Of a DNA stretch of 64,000 bases, positions 41,291 through 51,847 are shown one piece after another. A model generated the notes under the pieces. The model was not told where the DNA came from. It made no database searches and worked only from the letters and a program-made list of their open reading frames with translations. The stretch spans positions 192,001 through 256,000 of the forward strand of contig JACVGT010000018.1 of NCBI GenBank assembly GCA_018992685.1, read 5' to 3'. Positions within the stretch are counted from its first letter, which is position 1. The number at the start of each line of letters is the position of its first letter. Origin of the DNA: Theionarchaea archaeon (GTDB lineage: Archaea; Methanobacteriota_B; Thermococci; Methanofastidiosales; SZ-28-30). Made by a program: the position numbers and the translations under genes.

Positions 41291-41331
41291 CAGAAACAAG
41301 TTGAAGGACTTGTTCATGATGGATGAGGTGA
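41291..41331 (+). promoter_or_regulatory. K-turn in rpl7ae 5' leader (autoregulatory element)
   Basis: CAGA-AACAAGU/ACUUGUU-CAU-GAUG: 7-bp stem, 3-nt bulge, tandem G.A/A.G, then U-A and G-C; 3 nt before SD GAGGUGA. Confidence 0.8.
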
Positions 41332-41335
41332 TTTT

Positions 41336-41701
41336 ATGCCCAGTTATGTCAAATTCAAGGTACCAAAAGAAGTAGTGGAAAAGGCTTATGAAGCACTTGA
41401 ACTCTCACGGGACACAGGAAAGGTAACGAAAGGAACCAATGAAACCACCAAAGCAATTGAACGCGGTGTGGCCAAAATTGTGTTTGTTGCTGAAGATGTC
41501 ACTCCTGAGGAAATCGTAGCACATCTTCCCGTGCTCTGTGAGGAAAAGAAAATCCCGTACGTATATGTCCCCAAGAAGTCTGACCTTGGCACGGCCAGCG
41601 GTCTGGACGTGGGGACTGCATCCTGTGCCATTGTCCAAGCAGGGAAAGCCAAGAAAGAAGTGAAAGCCCTGGCCAGCCAGATAAAAGAGTTGACCGGTTA
41701 G
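41336..41701 (+). CDS. rpl7ae: Ribosomal protein L7Ae
   Basis: [27 protein letters not shown]. Confidence 0.97.
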   Translation: MPSYVKFKVPKEVVEKAYEALELSRDTGKVTKGTNETTKAIERGVAKIVFVAEDVTPEEIVAHLPVLCEEKKIPYVYVPKKSDLGTASGLDVGTASCAIVQAGKAKKEVKALASQIKELTG

Positions 41702-41724
41702 GAACGAAGGTGAAAGTGATATCC

Positions 41725-41940
41725 ATGGACGAGAAGCTTGGTACTCCTGCAGAAGTTGTAGAAGTGAGAACGCGAACTGGTGCCACTGGAGACATCTTCC
41801 AGGTCAAATGCAAGATTCTGGAGGGTCCAGACAAAGGAGGAGTGAGAACTCGGAATGTGAAAGGACCCATCCAGGTGGGAGATGTTCTGGTTCTCATGGA
41901 GACTGAACGCGAAGCCAAGGAAATCAAGGTGCCCAGATGA
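41725..41940 (+). CDS. rps28e: Ribosomal protein S28e
   Basis: RTG..QVKC, RNVKGP, ETEREA. Confidence 0.95.
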   Translation: MDEKLGTPAEVVEVRTRTGATGDIFQVKCKILEGPDKGGVRTRNVKGPIQVGDVLVLMETEREAKEIKVPR

Positions 41941-41950
41941 AGGTGAGAAC

Positions 41951-42121
41951 GTGAAATGCAGTTTCTGCGGGAAGGACATTGAAAAGGGAACCGGCAAGAT
42001 GTATGTGAAGAAGGATGGCTCAGTTCTGTACTTCTGTTCGGGGAAATGTGAAAAAAATATGGTTAACCTGCGGAGAAAACCACGCAAGTTCAAGTGGGCT
42101 CGGCAGGAGCAGATAGAGTGA
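41951..42121 (+). CDS. rpl24e: Ribosomal protein L24e
   Basis: CSFCG..GTGKMYV..FCSGKC; GTG start after AGGTGA. Confidence 0.95.
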   Translation: MKCSFCGKDIEKGTGKMYVKKDGSVLYFCSGKCEKNMVNLRRKPRKFKWARQEQIE

Positions 42122-42125
42122 TCGC

Positions 42126-42704
42126 ATGGAACGTACATTCTGCATGATAAAACCTGATGGAGTACAGCGGGGACTGGTGGGAGAAATTCTCTCACGGTTT
42201 GAACGTGCCGGTCTCAAATTGGTGGGACTCAAAATGGTCCGTCCCACAAGACAGCAGGTTGAGAGTCACTATCCTTCAACAGACAGCTGGTTTACCATTG
42301 TGGGAGAGAAAACATTGAACTCATATGCAGAATTAGGACTGGATCCTATGAAGCATCTGGGAACATCCTCAGCATTGGAGATTGGAAAGATTGTCAAAGG
42401 TTGGCTTATCGATTTTATTTCTTCTGGCCCCGTGATCTGCATGGTGTGGGAGGGAAATCACGCTATCCAGAATGTACGGAGGCTTGTGGGGAATACACTA
42501 CCCATAAATGCAAATCCTGGGACTATTCGGGGCGATTTCGCCTGCGATTCCCCAGATCTTGCCAATCAAAAACGTCGACCCATTCGGAACCTTATCCACG
42601 CCTCGGGAGACCCGGAAGAGGCTCGGCACGAAATCACGTTGTGGTTCAAAGAAGAAGAACTGCACACCTACCAGAGAGCAGATGAATCAATCATGGTTGG
42701 GTAG
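42126..42704 (+). CDS. ndk: Nucleoside diphosphate kinase
   Basis: IKPDGVQRG, PGTIRGDF, NLIHAS. Confidence 0.95.
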   Translation: MERTFCMIKPDGVQRGLVGEILSRFERAGLKLVGLKMVRPTRQQVESHYPSTDSWFTIVGEKTLNSYAELGLDPMKHLGTSSALEIGKIVKGWLIDFISSGPVICMVWEGNHAIQNVRRLVGNTLPINANPGTIRGDFACDSPDLANQKRRPIRNLIHASGDPEEARHEITLWFKEEELHTYQRADESIMVG

Positions 42705-42746
42705 CACGTATTCGTGTCAGCTTTCTGTGGGTTTCACGGTGATCCC

Positions 42747-44486
42747 ATGATTCGCCAGCCAATTATTTCAGTTCTTGGTCACGTAGACCACGGAAAAACC
42801 ACCCTCCTAGACTACGTCAGAAAAAGCGCAGTGGCCCAAAGAGAGTCTGGGGGAATTACCCAGCACATCGGAGCCACTGAAGTGCCTATTGAAGTCGTCC
42901 AGGGGATTTGCGGCGACATTCTCAAGAACTGGAAAATCACCATCCCTGGCCTCTTGTTCATTGACACTCCTGGACACAGGGCTTTTGTCAATCTACGGAC
43001 CAGAGGAGGCTCCCTGGCTGATCTGGCTGTCCTGATCGTGGATATAAATGACGGGTTCCAGCCCCAGACACTGGAGTCCATTACTATTCTCAAGCGACTG
43101 AAAACCCCCTTTGTGGTAGCTGCCAATAAGATTGATCGCTTGGGCTGGAAAGGAAGCGACGTTTCCTTTGTCAAATCCGTGAGGGAACAGGCAGAATTCG
43201 TGCTGCAGGAATTGGAGGAGAAAATGTGGTCATTAATTGGTGATCTGTCCCTCAACGGATACGAAGCAGACCGATTTGACCGGGTCAGAGATTTCACTGA
43301 GAGAGTGGCCATCGTGCCCATCTCAGCCAAGAATGGAGTGGGCGTGTCAGAAATCTTGATGCTCATTGCTGGGCTATCCCAGCGCTTTCTGGAGAAAAAG
43401 CTGGCTCTGGACCTGACGGGAGAAGCCAAAGGAACCATTCTTGAAGTCAAAGAAGAGGTGGGGCTGGGGACTACCATCGATGTCATTCTGTACGATGGCA
43501 CCCTGAGCAAAGGAGACGCCATTGTACTGGGTGGGATGGAGGATCTCATTTCTACCAAGGTGAGGGCTCTCTTGAAACCCATGCCCCTGGACGAGATCAG
43601 GGACCCGCGTCAGCGATTCCAGTACCTGGATCTGGTATCTGCTGCGTGTGGAGTCAAAATCTCAGCGCCCGCCCTGGAAAGGGCTCTGGCCGGTGCACCT
43701 CTCTGCATTGATACCCCTGAAAACAGACAAAAGATACGAGAAGAGATTCAGAAAATCCGTATTGTGAAGGAAGCCTTGGGAGTAGTCATCCGTGCTGACA
43801 CGCTAGGAACACTGGAGGCATTAGTATCTGAGCTCAAGGACGTGGTGACCATCAGGAAGGCAGATGTGGGGGAAGTGGGAAAGACAGATGTCATGGAAGC
43901 CCTGTCAGTAAGAAAAGAGGACTACTACCTGGGAGTAATTTTTGCCTTTAATACGAAAGTCACTGAAGAGGCCCGTCGGGTGGCAGAAGACAACAGAATA
44001 AAGATTTTTGAAGATGACGTCATTTACCGGCTCACTGAAGGCTACACTGAGTGGGTCGAAAAGGAAAAACTTAAGGAAATGACCAGGAAGAGGGAAGTAT
44101 TGATCATCCCCTGTAAGTTCAGGATTCTCCCTGAATACATATTTAGAACCACCAAGCCTGCCATCGTAGGGGTGGAGATTCTGCTGGGAACTCTCAAACC
44201 CAAGTATGATGTAATAACAGGTGAAGGAAAAAGAGTGGGAACCATCAAGAGTATCAAGAGCAGAGATGAGTTCCTCTCTGAAGTTCAGAAGGGTGAGCAG
44301 GTAGCAGTCTCCATAGAAGGACCCACTGTGGGAAGACAGATTTCTGAGGAGGAAGTTTTATATAGTGATCTCCCAAAAGAAGATTATAAAATCCTATTGA
44401 AATCTGACCTTTCAGAGGACGAACGGCAGGCTCTGGAAGAAATAGACCAGATCAAAAGAAAGCACAATGAGTTCTGGTATTTGTAG
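42747..44486 (+). CDS. infB: Translation initiation factor aIF5B (IF-2)
   Basis: [26 protein letters not shown]; no intein. Confidence 0.97.
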   Translation: MIRQPIISVLGHVDHGKTTLLDYVRKSAVAQRESGGITQHIGATEVPIEVVQGICGDILKNWKITIPGLLFIDTPGHRAFVNLRTRGGSLADLAVLIVDINDGFQPQTLESITILKRLKTPFVVAANKIDRLGWKGSDVSFVKSVREQAEFVLQELEEKMWSLIGDLSLNGYEADRFDRVRDFTERVAIVPISAKNGVGVSEILMLIAGLSQRFLEKKLALDLTGEAKGTILEVKEEVGLGTTIDVILYDGTLSKGDAIVLGGMEDLISTKVRALLKPMPLDEIRDPRQRFQYLDLVSAACGVKISAPALERALAGAPLCIDTPENRQKIREEIQKIRIVKEALGVVIRADTLGTLEALVSELKDVVTIRKADVGEVGKTDVMEALSVRKEDYYLGVIFAFNTKVTEEARRVAEDNRIKIFEDDVIYRLTEGYTEWVEKEKLKEMTRKREVLIIPCKFRILPEYIFRTTKPAIVGVEILLGTLKPKYDVITGEGKRVGTIKSIKSRDEFLSEVQKGEQVAVSIEGPTVGRQISEEEVLYSDLPKEDYKILLKSDLSEDERQALEEIDQIKRKHNEFWYL

Positions 44487-44496
44487 AGGTGATCTA

Positions 44497-45144
44497 TTGG
44501 AATTCAAGGTAATCATATCTGATGGTGGAAACACCTATCAAAAAGAAATCAAAGGAGAAGAAGCAGCCCGTCTGGTAGGCCTCCGCATTGGGGAGCAGTT
44601 TGACGGCTCCCTGATTGGAGAGTCAGGTATGCTCCAGATTACAGGAGGAACTGACAAAGATGGGTTTCCCATGAGAAAAGGGATTGCAGGTCCCAGAAGA
44701 GTGCAGGTCCTGCTGCGGGGAGGTCCGGGATTCATCCCCACCCGTGCAGGGGAACGCCGGAAGAAGAGGGTGCGAGGAGATACCGTTTCTGAGACTACTG
44801 TCCAGATAAACACAAAAATGGTTGGAAAACCCGGAAAGAAGAAAGTGGAGAAGAAAGAGACAGAGCCTGAAGAACGGGCAGAAGAAGTGGAAAAGAAAGA
44901 GGAAAAACCTCCAAAGGCCAAAGAAGCCAAAAAGGAAGAAAAGGAGAAGCCAACTGCAAAACCAATCCCCCTCACCAAGATATATGGCGTGGGAAAGGTC
45001 ACAGCAGAGCAGCTCCAGGCAGCAGGGATAACCAGTGTACAGGAATTCCTGGCTGCAGACATTCAGAAAATCTCCAAGAAATCAGGGCTAACCCCCGCCC
45101 AGGTAGAAAAGCTGCTTGAAGAAGCACGGAAACTAGTGGGGTGA
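44497..45144 (+). CDS. rps6e: Ribosomal protein S6e with charged linker and C-terminal HhH domain
   Basis: [22 protein letters not shown]; TTG start after GAGGTGA; tail [15 protein letters not shown]. Confidence 0.92.
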   Translation: MEFKVIISDGGNTYQKEIKGEEAARLVGLRIGEQFDGSLIGESGMLQITGGTDKDGFPMRKGIAGPRRVQVLLRGGPGFIPTRAGERRKKRVRGDTVSETTVQINTKMVGKPGKKKVEKKETEPEERAEEVEKKEEKPPKAKEAKKEEKEKPTAKPIPLTKIYGVGKVTAEQLQAAGITSVQEFLAADIQKISKKSGLTPAQVEKLLEEARKLVG

Positions 45145-46358
45145 TCCAGATACCTGCAGAACCCAAACAATCAGAAATAAACATTGGAATGATCGGTCAC
45201 GTGGATCACGGGAAGACGACGCTGACGAAAGCTCTATCCGGGATCTGGACAGACACCCATTCAGAGGAACTGAGAAGAGGAATTACCATTCGCCTGGGAT
45301 ATGCGGATACTACTTTTAGAATGTGTCCTCAATGTCCTCCCCCACAGTGTTATACTGTGGAAGAGACCTGTGGTGAGTGTGGCAAGGCCACCAAAGTGCT
45401 GAGGAGAGTATCATTTGTGGATGCTCCTGGCCATGAAACACTGATGGCAACTATGTTGTCTGGTGCAGCCATTATGGATGGCGCAGTTCTGGTCATAGCT
45501 GCCAACGAACCGTGTCCCCAGCCACAGACCAAGGAGCATTTGATGGGGCTGGAAATCTGCGAGATACGAAATGTGGTGATTGTCCAGAACAAGATTGAGC
45601 TCATATCAAGAGAAGAGGTCATGGAAAACTACAACCAGATCAAGAGATTCACCAAGGGAACGATCGCAGAAAATGCCCCCATTGTACCCGTGTCAGCCAT
45701 GCACGCAGTGAATATTGATTTGCTGGTACAGGCAATAGAGAGGTATATTCCCACCCCCTCTCGAGACCTGGAAAAGTCTCCCCGTATGTATATTGCCCGT
45801 TCTTTTGATGTGAATAAGCCAGGAACTGTGCCTGAAGATCTGGTGGGAGGAGTCATAGGGGGCTCTTTGCTGCGAGGGCAGCTCAAGGTTGGAGACGAGA
45901 TTGAAATCAAACCAGGGATAGCAAGAGAAGTCCTTGAGGCAGACGTTGCCTCGCTGCATGCGGGAACTACCGAAATAGATGTGGCCACTCCGGGAGGGCT
46001 AATGGCTATCGGGACGAGACTGGATCCATCTCTGACCAAGTCTGATTCTCTCTCAGGATCCGTAGTGGGTGCCCCGGGAATGCTTCCTCCATTGTGGAAA
46101 CAGCTGACCCTGAAGGTACATTTGCTGGAACGGGCCATTGGTACCAAGGAAGAAGTGGAGATCACTGAGATTAAGAGGGGTGAAACTCTTATGTTGAACA
46201 TCGGAACAGCCAAAACTGTGGGTGTGGTGTCCAAACCAGGGAATGAAATCGAGATGGAACTGAAGCTTCCCATTTGCGCAGATCCAGGTGAGCGAGCCGC
46301 CATTTCACGGCGAATCGGTGCTCGATGGCGATTGATTGGATATGGCATCATCCAGTAG
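45141..46358 (+). CDS. eif2g: Translation initiation factor aIF2 gamma
   Basis: [34 protein letters not shown]. Confidence 0.97.
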   Translation: MIQIPAEPKQSEINIGMIGHVDHGKTTLTKALSGIWTDTHSEELRRGITIRLGYADTTFRMCPQCPPPQCYTVEETCGECGKATKVLRRVSFVDAPGHETLMATMLSGAAIMDGAVLVIAANEPCPQPQTKEHLMGLEICEIRNVVIVQNKIELISREEVMENYNQIKRFTKGTIAENAPIVPVSAMHAVNIDLLVQAIERYIPTPSRDLEKSPRMYIARSFDVNKPGTVPEDLVGGVIGGSLLRGQLKVGDEIEIKPGIAREVLEADVASLHAGTTEIDVATPGGLMAIGTRLDPSLTKSDSLSGSVVGAPGMLPPLWKQLTLKVHLLERAIGTKEEVEITEIKRGETLMLNIGTAKTVGVVSKPGNEIEMELKLPICADPGERAAISRRIGARWRLIGYGIIQ

Positions 46359-46719
46359 TCCCGTACTGATCGACACGAATTTTGTTCTGAGTTGTTATCG
46401 GTTCAAAATACGTCTTGACGAAATCCACCAAGTGGTTGAGGAAAAGCACCACATCGTAGTGCCCGAAAACGTCCTAGCTGAACTGAAGAGCCTGCATCTT
46501 ACGGGATCTAACAAAGAGGGACAGACTGTCATGCTTGCTATTCTTGAAAAGTACCCCACTATACCACTTCACGGTGCCGTGGATAGATCACTGCTGGACT
46601 ACGCAGCAGACCACACGTGTATTATATGCACCAACGACAGGATTCTGAGAAAAGCATTGAAGAAAATGGGAGCCCGAGTTATTATGGTCAGGGCACAATC
46701 TCACCTCGTCTTGGACTGA
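46342..46719 (+). CDS. PIN-domain protein (Fcf1/Utp24-like)
   Basis: LIDTNF, V..EL, TNDR.L; position after aIF2 gamma. Confidence 0.85.
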   Translation: MASSSSPVLIDTNFVLSCYRFKIRLDEIHQVVEEKHHIVVPENVLAELKSLHLTGSNKEGQTVMLAILEKYPTIPLHGAVDRSLLDYAADHTCIICTNDRILRKALKKMGARVIMVRAQSHLVLD

Positions 46720-46906
46720 CATTCTTCCTGACAAATAGTGCCTGTCCTACTTCCTTTTACCGTGACGAGGTTGTCTCACAACATTTCAAGACATTCCAGA
46801 ATGTTGAATGAAACATCGCGATATTCGCGGAGCTTTGATATGAAGATTTGCGATCTTCACCATTATTTCTTCGCGAAAAATACAATAATTGAAAATTCTA
46901 CCTCCA

Positions 46907-46946
46907 TTCACACATTTTCACAACGATTCACAATAACCTTTATATA
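46907..46946 (+). promoter_or_regulatory. Three TTCACA direct repeats at 10-bp period upstream of BRE/TATA
   Basis: TTCACA at 46907, 46917, 46927, then TAACCTTTATATA. Confidence 0.65.
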
Positions 46947-47014
46947 CACTGGAGGAACTTACCTGAAGTGGGGAAGGTGAAGACGCATGAGGATAGGAGG
47001 AGATAGGTGCTAGT

Positions 47015-47344
47015 ATGAACATAGATGATGTAAACCATATGCTCGCTGAACTCCAGGGGAGTGTTCGTGGTGTGAAGGGCTCATTCTTGGTGAAAAAAGA
47101 TCGAGTTATCACAGAGAACCAGTGTGACTCTACATTCATTTCTTCCTCGCTATTCTTCCTTGTGGACCAGCTCAGGACTCAGGATAAAGAAGTATCTCAA
47201 ATCGTGATGCAGGCGGAAGACCGGTTCACTGTTTTCGTGTTTGAAGACTATATTTTGGGAGTTCTTTCTGAAGGAAGTACAAATATACCCTACTTAGGGC
47301 TGTTGGCCGGACGTATACTTAGAGAGTTCAATGGACATTTCTAG
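47015..47344 (+). CDS. Roadblock/LC7-like protein
   Basis: LAELQGSVRGVKGSFLV..and TNIPYLGL pattern; 109 aa. Confidence 0.6.
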   Translation: MNIDDVNHMLAELQGSVRGVKGSFLVKKDRVITENQCDSTFISSSLFFLVDQLRTQDKEVSQIVMQAEDRFTVFVFEDYILGVLSEGSTNIPYLGLLAGRILREFNGHF

Positions 47345-47481
47345 CTGCACTCTTTCACTCCCGTCAAGACCAGTTCGTGCAGAAACGCAGAAGAGGTGAG
47401 AGAGCAAGACCAATTTGTAGTGCTCGTTTTAGGTCTCTCCACAACAGTTACTCTTAAATATGATTAGAGCCCAGATGCTCT

Positions 47482-48576
47482 ATGGAACAGCAGGGTTCTT
47501 ACAGGGCGGATGACTCATCGGTAACGGAAAAGCGAAAGGAGGATCACATTAACATTTGTCTTCAGCAACATGTCGAGTCTCAGATTGGGCCAGGGTTTGA
47601 TGACATTTTCCTGATTCATCAATCAGTTCCAGAGGTAGATTTTTCTCAAATCTCTACAGAGGTTACTCTTTTTGGCAAGACATTGGATGCCCCCTTGCTG
47701 GTGGAAGGAATGACTGGAGGAACAGCGAGGGCGAAGAGTCTCAATGAAACCATGGCAACTGTGTGTCAGCGATTGAAGCTGGGCATGGGGGTGGGCAGTC
47801 AGAGAGCCATGATAGAAGACCATGCACTTTCCTATTCTTACAGCGTGAGAGAGAGTGCTCCTGACATACTGCTCATTGGGAATCTGGGACTTCCTCAGTT
47901 CATCATGGGATATACTGGAGTCGAGGCGGAGCAGGCAATCACCACCATAGGGGCGGATGTTCTGGCTATTCATCTCAATCCCCTACAGGAAGCCGTTCAA
48001 CCAGAAGGAGACTGCAACTTTGAATCTGGAGTTAAAGTCTTGAGATCGTTGAAAAAAGAGATAGATGTCCCTATCATCGCCAAGGAAACGGGTGGTGGCA
48101 TGTGCCGTGAGGTGGCGAAAAGGCTGTCGTTTCTTGATGGACTGGATGTCGGTGGATTAGGAGGAACGTCCTTCTCGGCTGTGGAATACTACCGAAATAC
48201 AGAAGAGGATAGGGAGATTGCAGCTCAGTTCTGGAACTGGGGCATGCCCACGGCAGTGAGTATTGTGGAATGTGCTGGAGCTCGAGCCCTGATTGCATCC
48301 GGGGGAATCCGCACAGGCATTGACATGGCCAAAGCGATAGCCTTAGGTGCTGACTGCTGTGGCCTCGCCCTGCCTGCACTGAAAGCAGCTGTGGAAAAGG
48401 AAGGTACACTTGAAGAAATGCTGACACGTATGATCAAAGAACTGAAAATTGCTATGTTCCTCTGTGGATGCAAAACCCTCGATCACTTGAAAAGGACCCC
48501 CGTGGTAATCACAGGAAAAACAAGAGAATTCCTAAAAGAAAGAGGAGTGAAAACAGAGCTGTATGCTCAGAGGTAG
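47482..48576 (+). CDS. fni: Type 2 IPP isomerase
   Basis: RKEDHI, GMTGG, HLNPLQEAVQPEGD, KETGGG, ASGGIR. Confidence 0.95.
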   Translation: MEQQGSYRADDSSVTEKRKEDHINICLQQHVESQIGPGFDDIFLIHQSVPEVDFSQISTEVTLFGKTLDAPLLVEGMTGGTARAKSLNETMATVCQRLKLGMGVGSQRAMIEDHALSYSYSVRESAPDILLIGNLGLPQFIMGYTGVEAEQAITTIGADVLAIHLNPLQEAVQPEGDCNFESGVKVLRSLKKEIDVPIIAKETGGGMCREVAKRLSFLDGLDVGGLGGTSFSAVEYYRNTEEDREIAAQFWNWGMPTAVSIVECAGARALIASGGIRTGIDMAKAIALGADCCGLALPALKAAVEKEGTLEEMLTRMIKELKIAMFLCGCKTLDHLKRTPVVITGKTREFLKERGVKTELYAQR

Positions 48577-48583
48577 CTCCTGG

Positions 48584-49228
48584 TTATTCTTTCTTCTTCC
48601 TCATGAATATTCCACCCATGCAACCTGCGAATGCAATCCGGGCAACAGGCACAAGGTACGAGACAGGAAAAGCCACCATCAGAAGTACAGCGAAGTTCTG
48701 AACAGGGAATCGTCCCGAAGCAATCTTCTTGAAAGTCATGGAGCATACCATCAAATAGGAAACTACAAGGGCTGCACCGATCACTAGGATTTCATGCATG
48801 TGACCAGATACGGCGAAAACCAGCAAGAGAGCGCCGATAGGAATTGGCATACCAATAAAGGTTCCTTCCTCCATTTCTTTGAAACTGACATTGTACCGGG
48901 CCAGCCTCAAAATACCGGCAACGAGATATACCACTGAAACCACCGCGATCCACCAGTAATCTACATATGAATAAATAAGAAGCGCAGGTGCTATCCCAAA
49001 AGACACACAGTCTGAAAGGGAATCGAAATTCATTCCGAATTCAGATTCAGTTTCTGTTTTACGAGCAAAATATCCATCAAATCCATCTGCTACTACTGCT
49101 ATTAGAATTAATCTTGCAGCCAGATCAATATTATTGCGCATCAAGAATATCATTGCAAGAAATCCCAGAGAGATATTTGAAATCGTTAAGATATCTGCTT
49201 TTTTCAAGTAGGTCTGCATTTCATGCAT
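48584..49228 (-). CDS. pssA: CDP-alcohol phosphatidyltransferase (archaetidylserine synthase-like)
   Basis: DGFDGYFAR..FG..FDSLSD..FGIAPA, RLARYN. Confidence 0.88.
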   Translation of the reverse strand: MHEMQTYLKKADILTISNISLGFLAMIFLMRNNIDLAARLILIAVVADGFDGYFARKTETESEFGMNFDSLSDCVSFGIAPALLIYSYVDYWWIAVVSVVYLVAGILRLARYNVSFKEMEEGTFIGMPIPIGALLLVFAVSGHMHEILVIGAALVVSYLMVCSMTFKKIASGRFPVQNFAVLLMVAFPVSYLVPVARIAFAGCMGGIFMRKKKE

Positions 49229-49355
49229 GCGCTGGTTTCTGTTGGCTCTCGCTTATAACTGTTTCCATTGGAAGAAATGAAATTTCATCCAATTTCAACT
49301 AAATGAGAGAAATAAGAAATAAGGCTACAAAATGAGGGTCGAAATGGGCAAAAGC

Positions 49356-51512
49356 TCATTCACACTGAGTGTAACCGCAACGTGTACAAACCCAACATCC
49401 TTCCTCCTGATGCATAATGCTCTTACAAAGGGAACACACAACTACCGGCTTAGGCGAGGGCCCAACCTTAGGGATGAATGTTCCAGATCCTTTCAATTGA
49501 GCTTCAACTGCTCTGGATATTGCCTCAGGACAGGATAACACAATGGTGTCTTCATCAGAAACACAACCGATACACCGGACTCCCTGTATTTGCTTCAGCA
49601 CAGCATTCATTTCGATCCCTGACCTCAAGGCTAGACTAATCAGCCGCCCTACGGCTTCACTGAGGGGGGGACATCCTTCGCCCCCAATATTCACAAAGAC
49701 CTCACATACACCCTTTTCATCCTCATTCACCGTGACATACAGGTTCCCGCAGTTTCCGATCTTGAACTTGGTAGTGGTACCCCGCATGACATGTTGCCGT
49801 GTCCTGGGCTTCTTCCCTGATGTTAACACTTGTTCCAATCTGCTTCTGTCCCTGTACACTGTAATCCCTTTGCATCCCAGTGTGTATGCAAGAAGAAAAG
49901 CACCTTTTACATCTTCTCTGGCGGCAGAATGAGGTAGGTTGATGGTCTTAGAGACCGCATTATCTGTGTATTTTTGAAAAGCTGCTTGCATTCTCACATG
50001 CCACGGATAATCAATTTCAAGAGCAGTCCTAAATAGACTTTGTATGTGTCCAGGTACTCTGCCATTATTCTTGACACTGCCCTCTTCTGCAATCTCCTTC
50101 ATCAGTACATCTGAATGAAATCCTTCTCTCCGGGCAGTCTCCTCTAGATATGTGTTCACCACCGGCAATTCTTCATCAACAGCCTTGCGTACGTAGGCCA
50201 AAGCGTAGTATGGCTCAATCCCGGAAGAACAGTCAGCAATGATGCTGAGAGAGCCAGTTGGAGCCACTGTGGTGGTCGTGGCATTTCTCATGGGGGAAGA
50301 ATATATCGATTTTTGAATATTGGGAAAAGAACCTCTTTTTTCTGCCAGCTCTTCTGAAGCTCTCTTAGACTGGACCTGAATGAATTCCATAATTGCCTCT
50401 GCAGTCTCAAGCCCCTCCTCAGAATCATATGGAATTTCGAGTTGGACTAGTAAATCAGCAAATCCCATGACTCCTAATCCAACTTTTCTATTGCCCCTGG
50501 TTACGTGGTCAATCTTCTTGAGAGGAACCTTATTAACATCAATAACGTTGTCCAGGAAATGGATAGCAGTTCTCACCGTCTTTCCCAATCTTTCCCAGTC
50601 CACTTTCAGGTTGCCAGGTTTCTCATCTGGCACAACCATATTCCCCACATTTATGGATCCCAGGTTGCAGGACTCATAGGGGAGTAAAGGCTGCTCTCCA
50701 CACGGATTTGTAGACTCAATTTCTCCCAATTGAGGTGTGGGCTGGGTCTCATTTATCCTGTCAATAAAGATCAGCCCCGGCTCTCCATTCTTCCATGCCT
50801 GTTCTACAATTCTATCAAAGATTTCTTCTGCTGAAATCGTTCTTACCGGGCTCTTGGTTCTGGGGTTTGTGAGTTCGATCTCCCCTCCATCCTCAAGAGC
50901 TCTCATGAATTCATCAGTGACAGCCACGGAAATATTGAAATTTTGCAGAGCCTCCTCATACTCTTTGCAGGTGATAAATTCCAGGATATCGGGATGATCA
51001 ACGCGCAGTATGCCCATATTGGCACCTCTTCTCTTCCCCCCCTGAACCACCACATCAGTGGCTGCATCGATGACCCGCATGAATGAGATGGGTCCTGACG
51101 CTTTGCCATCGGTGGAGTGCACAATATCCCCTTTGGGCCTCAGCCTGGAGAAGGAAAACCCTGTTCCCCCTCCTGACTTGTGAATAAGAGCAGTGTCCTT
51201 CACTGTCTGGAAAATGCTTTCCATGCTGTCTTCTATGGGCAATACAAAGCATGCTGACAACTGCTGGAGCTTTCTTCCTGCATTCATCAAAGTGGGAGAA
51301 TTGGGCAGAAAAGCAAGAGATGTCATAGCCTCATAAAACTCATCAGAAACTTTTTGCAGGTCTGTCTTCTCGTCATAGACCAGATCTGCCTGAGCCACCG
51401 TATCTGCCACTCTTCTAAAAAGCTCTTCCGGGGTCTCTGCAGGGGCTCCCTGATCATTCTTCTTGAGATACCGCCGCTCCAGAACTTTTCGTGCATTTGG
51501 TGAGAGCTCCAT
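49356..51512 (-). CDS. nrdJ: Class II (AdoCbl) ribonucleotide reductase with TSCPD-type Zn tail
   Basis: FLPNSPT, QLSACF, TNPCGEQ, APTGS, SKTIN, LSCPEAI; no intein. Confidence 0.93.
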   Translation of the reverse strand: MELSPNARKVLERRYLKKNDQGAPAETPEELFRRVADTVAQADLVYDEKTDLQKVSDEFYEAMTSLAFLPNSPTLMNAGRKLQQLSACFVLPIEDSMESIFQTVKDTALIHKSGGGTGFSFSRLRPKGDIVHSTDGKASGPISFMRVIDAATDVVVQGGKRRGANMGILRVDHPDILEFITCKEYEEALQNFNISVAVTDEFMRALEDGGEIELTNPRTKSPVRTISAEEIFDRIVEQAWKNGEPGLIFIDRINETQPTPQLGEIESTNPCGEQPLLPYESCNLGSINVGNMVVPDEKPGNLKVDWERLGKTVRTAIHFLDNVIDVNKVPLKKIDHVTRGNRKVGLGVMGFADLLVQLEIPYDSEEGLETAEAIMEFIQVQSKRASEELAEKRGSFPNIQKSIYSSPMRNATTTTVAPTGSLSIIADCSSGIEPYYALAYVRKAVDEELPVVNTYLEETARREGFHSDVLMKEIAEEGSVKNNGRVPGHIQSLFRTALEIDYPWHVRMQAAFQKYTDNAVSKTINLPHSAAREDVKGAFLLAYTLGCKGITVYRDRSRLEQVLTSGKKPRTRQHVMRGTTTKFKIGNCGNLYVTVNEDEKGVCEVFVNIGGEGCPPLSEAVGRLISLALRSGIEMNAVLKQIQGVRCIGCVSDEDTIVLSCPEAISRAVEAQLKGSGTFIPKVGPSPKPVVVCSLCKSIMHQEEGCWVCTRCGYTQCE

Positions 51513-51847
51513 GACTACTCCTACCTCCTTCATCCATATAAAACTTTCTACTGCGATAGGAACTTTATCTCGACGAGTGACATATGCAGCTGAACCCAAT
51601 AACATCTGCTTTGCCAGACTCAATACCCGCATTTTTTTTGGCTCTTTCTAAATTATCCACCGTAAATCGAATCCATTTCAATCTGAAACTCGGTGGATAA
51701 TTGCTCACGTCTGGAATAATATCTGAACAATCTAACACCAGAGGTTGTGATGGTAGTAGAAATGATGCGCCACTGATTCTGGGAATGCCAACAATTTGCC
51801 AGGAGTCGGCCAGCAAAGTATTTATAGATGTGCAGACCACCGATGAC

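Noticed and set aside
42812-46351. Long antisense ORFs over infB, rps6e and eif2g
   Set aside because: Shadow frames of conserved genes.
42747-51512. Inteins in aIF5B or RNR
   Set aside because: Lengths and motifs are continuous; no insertion.
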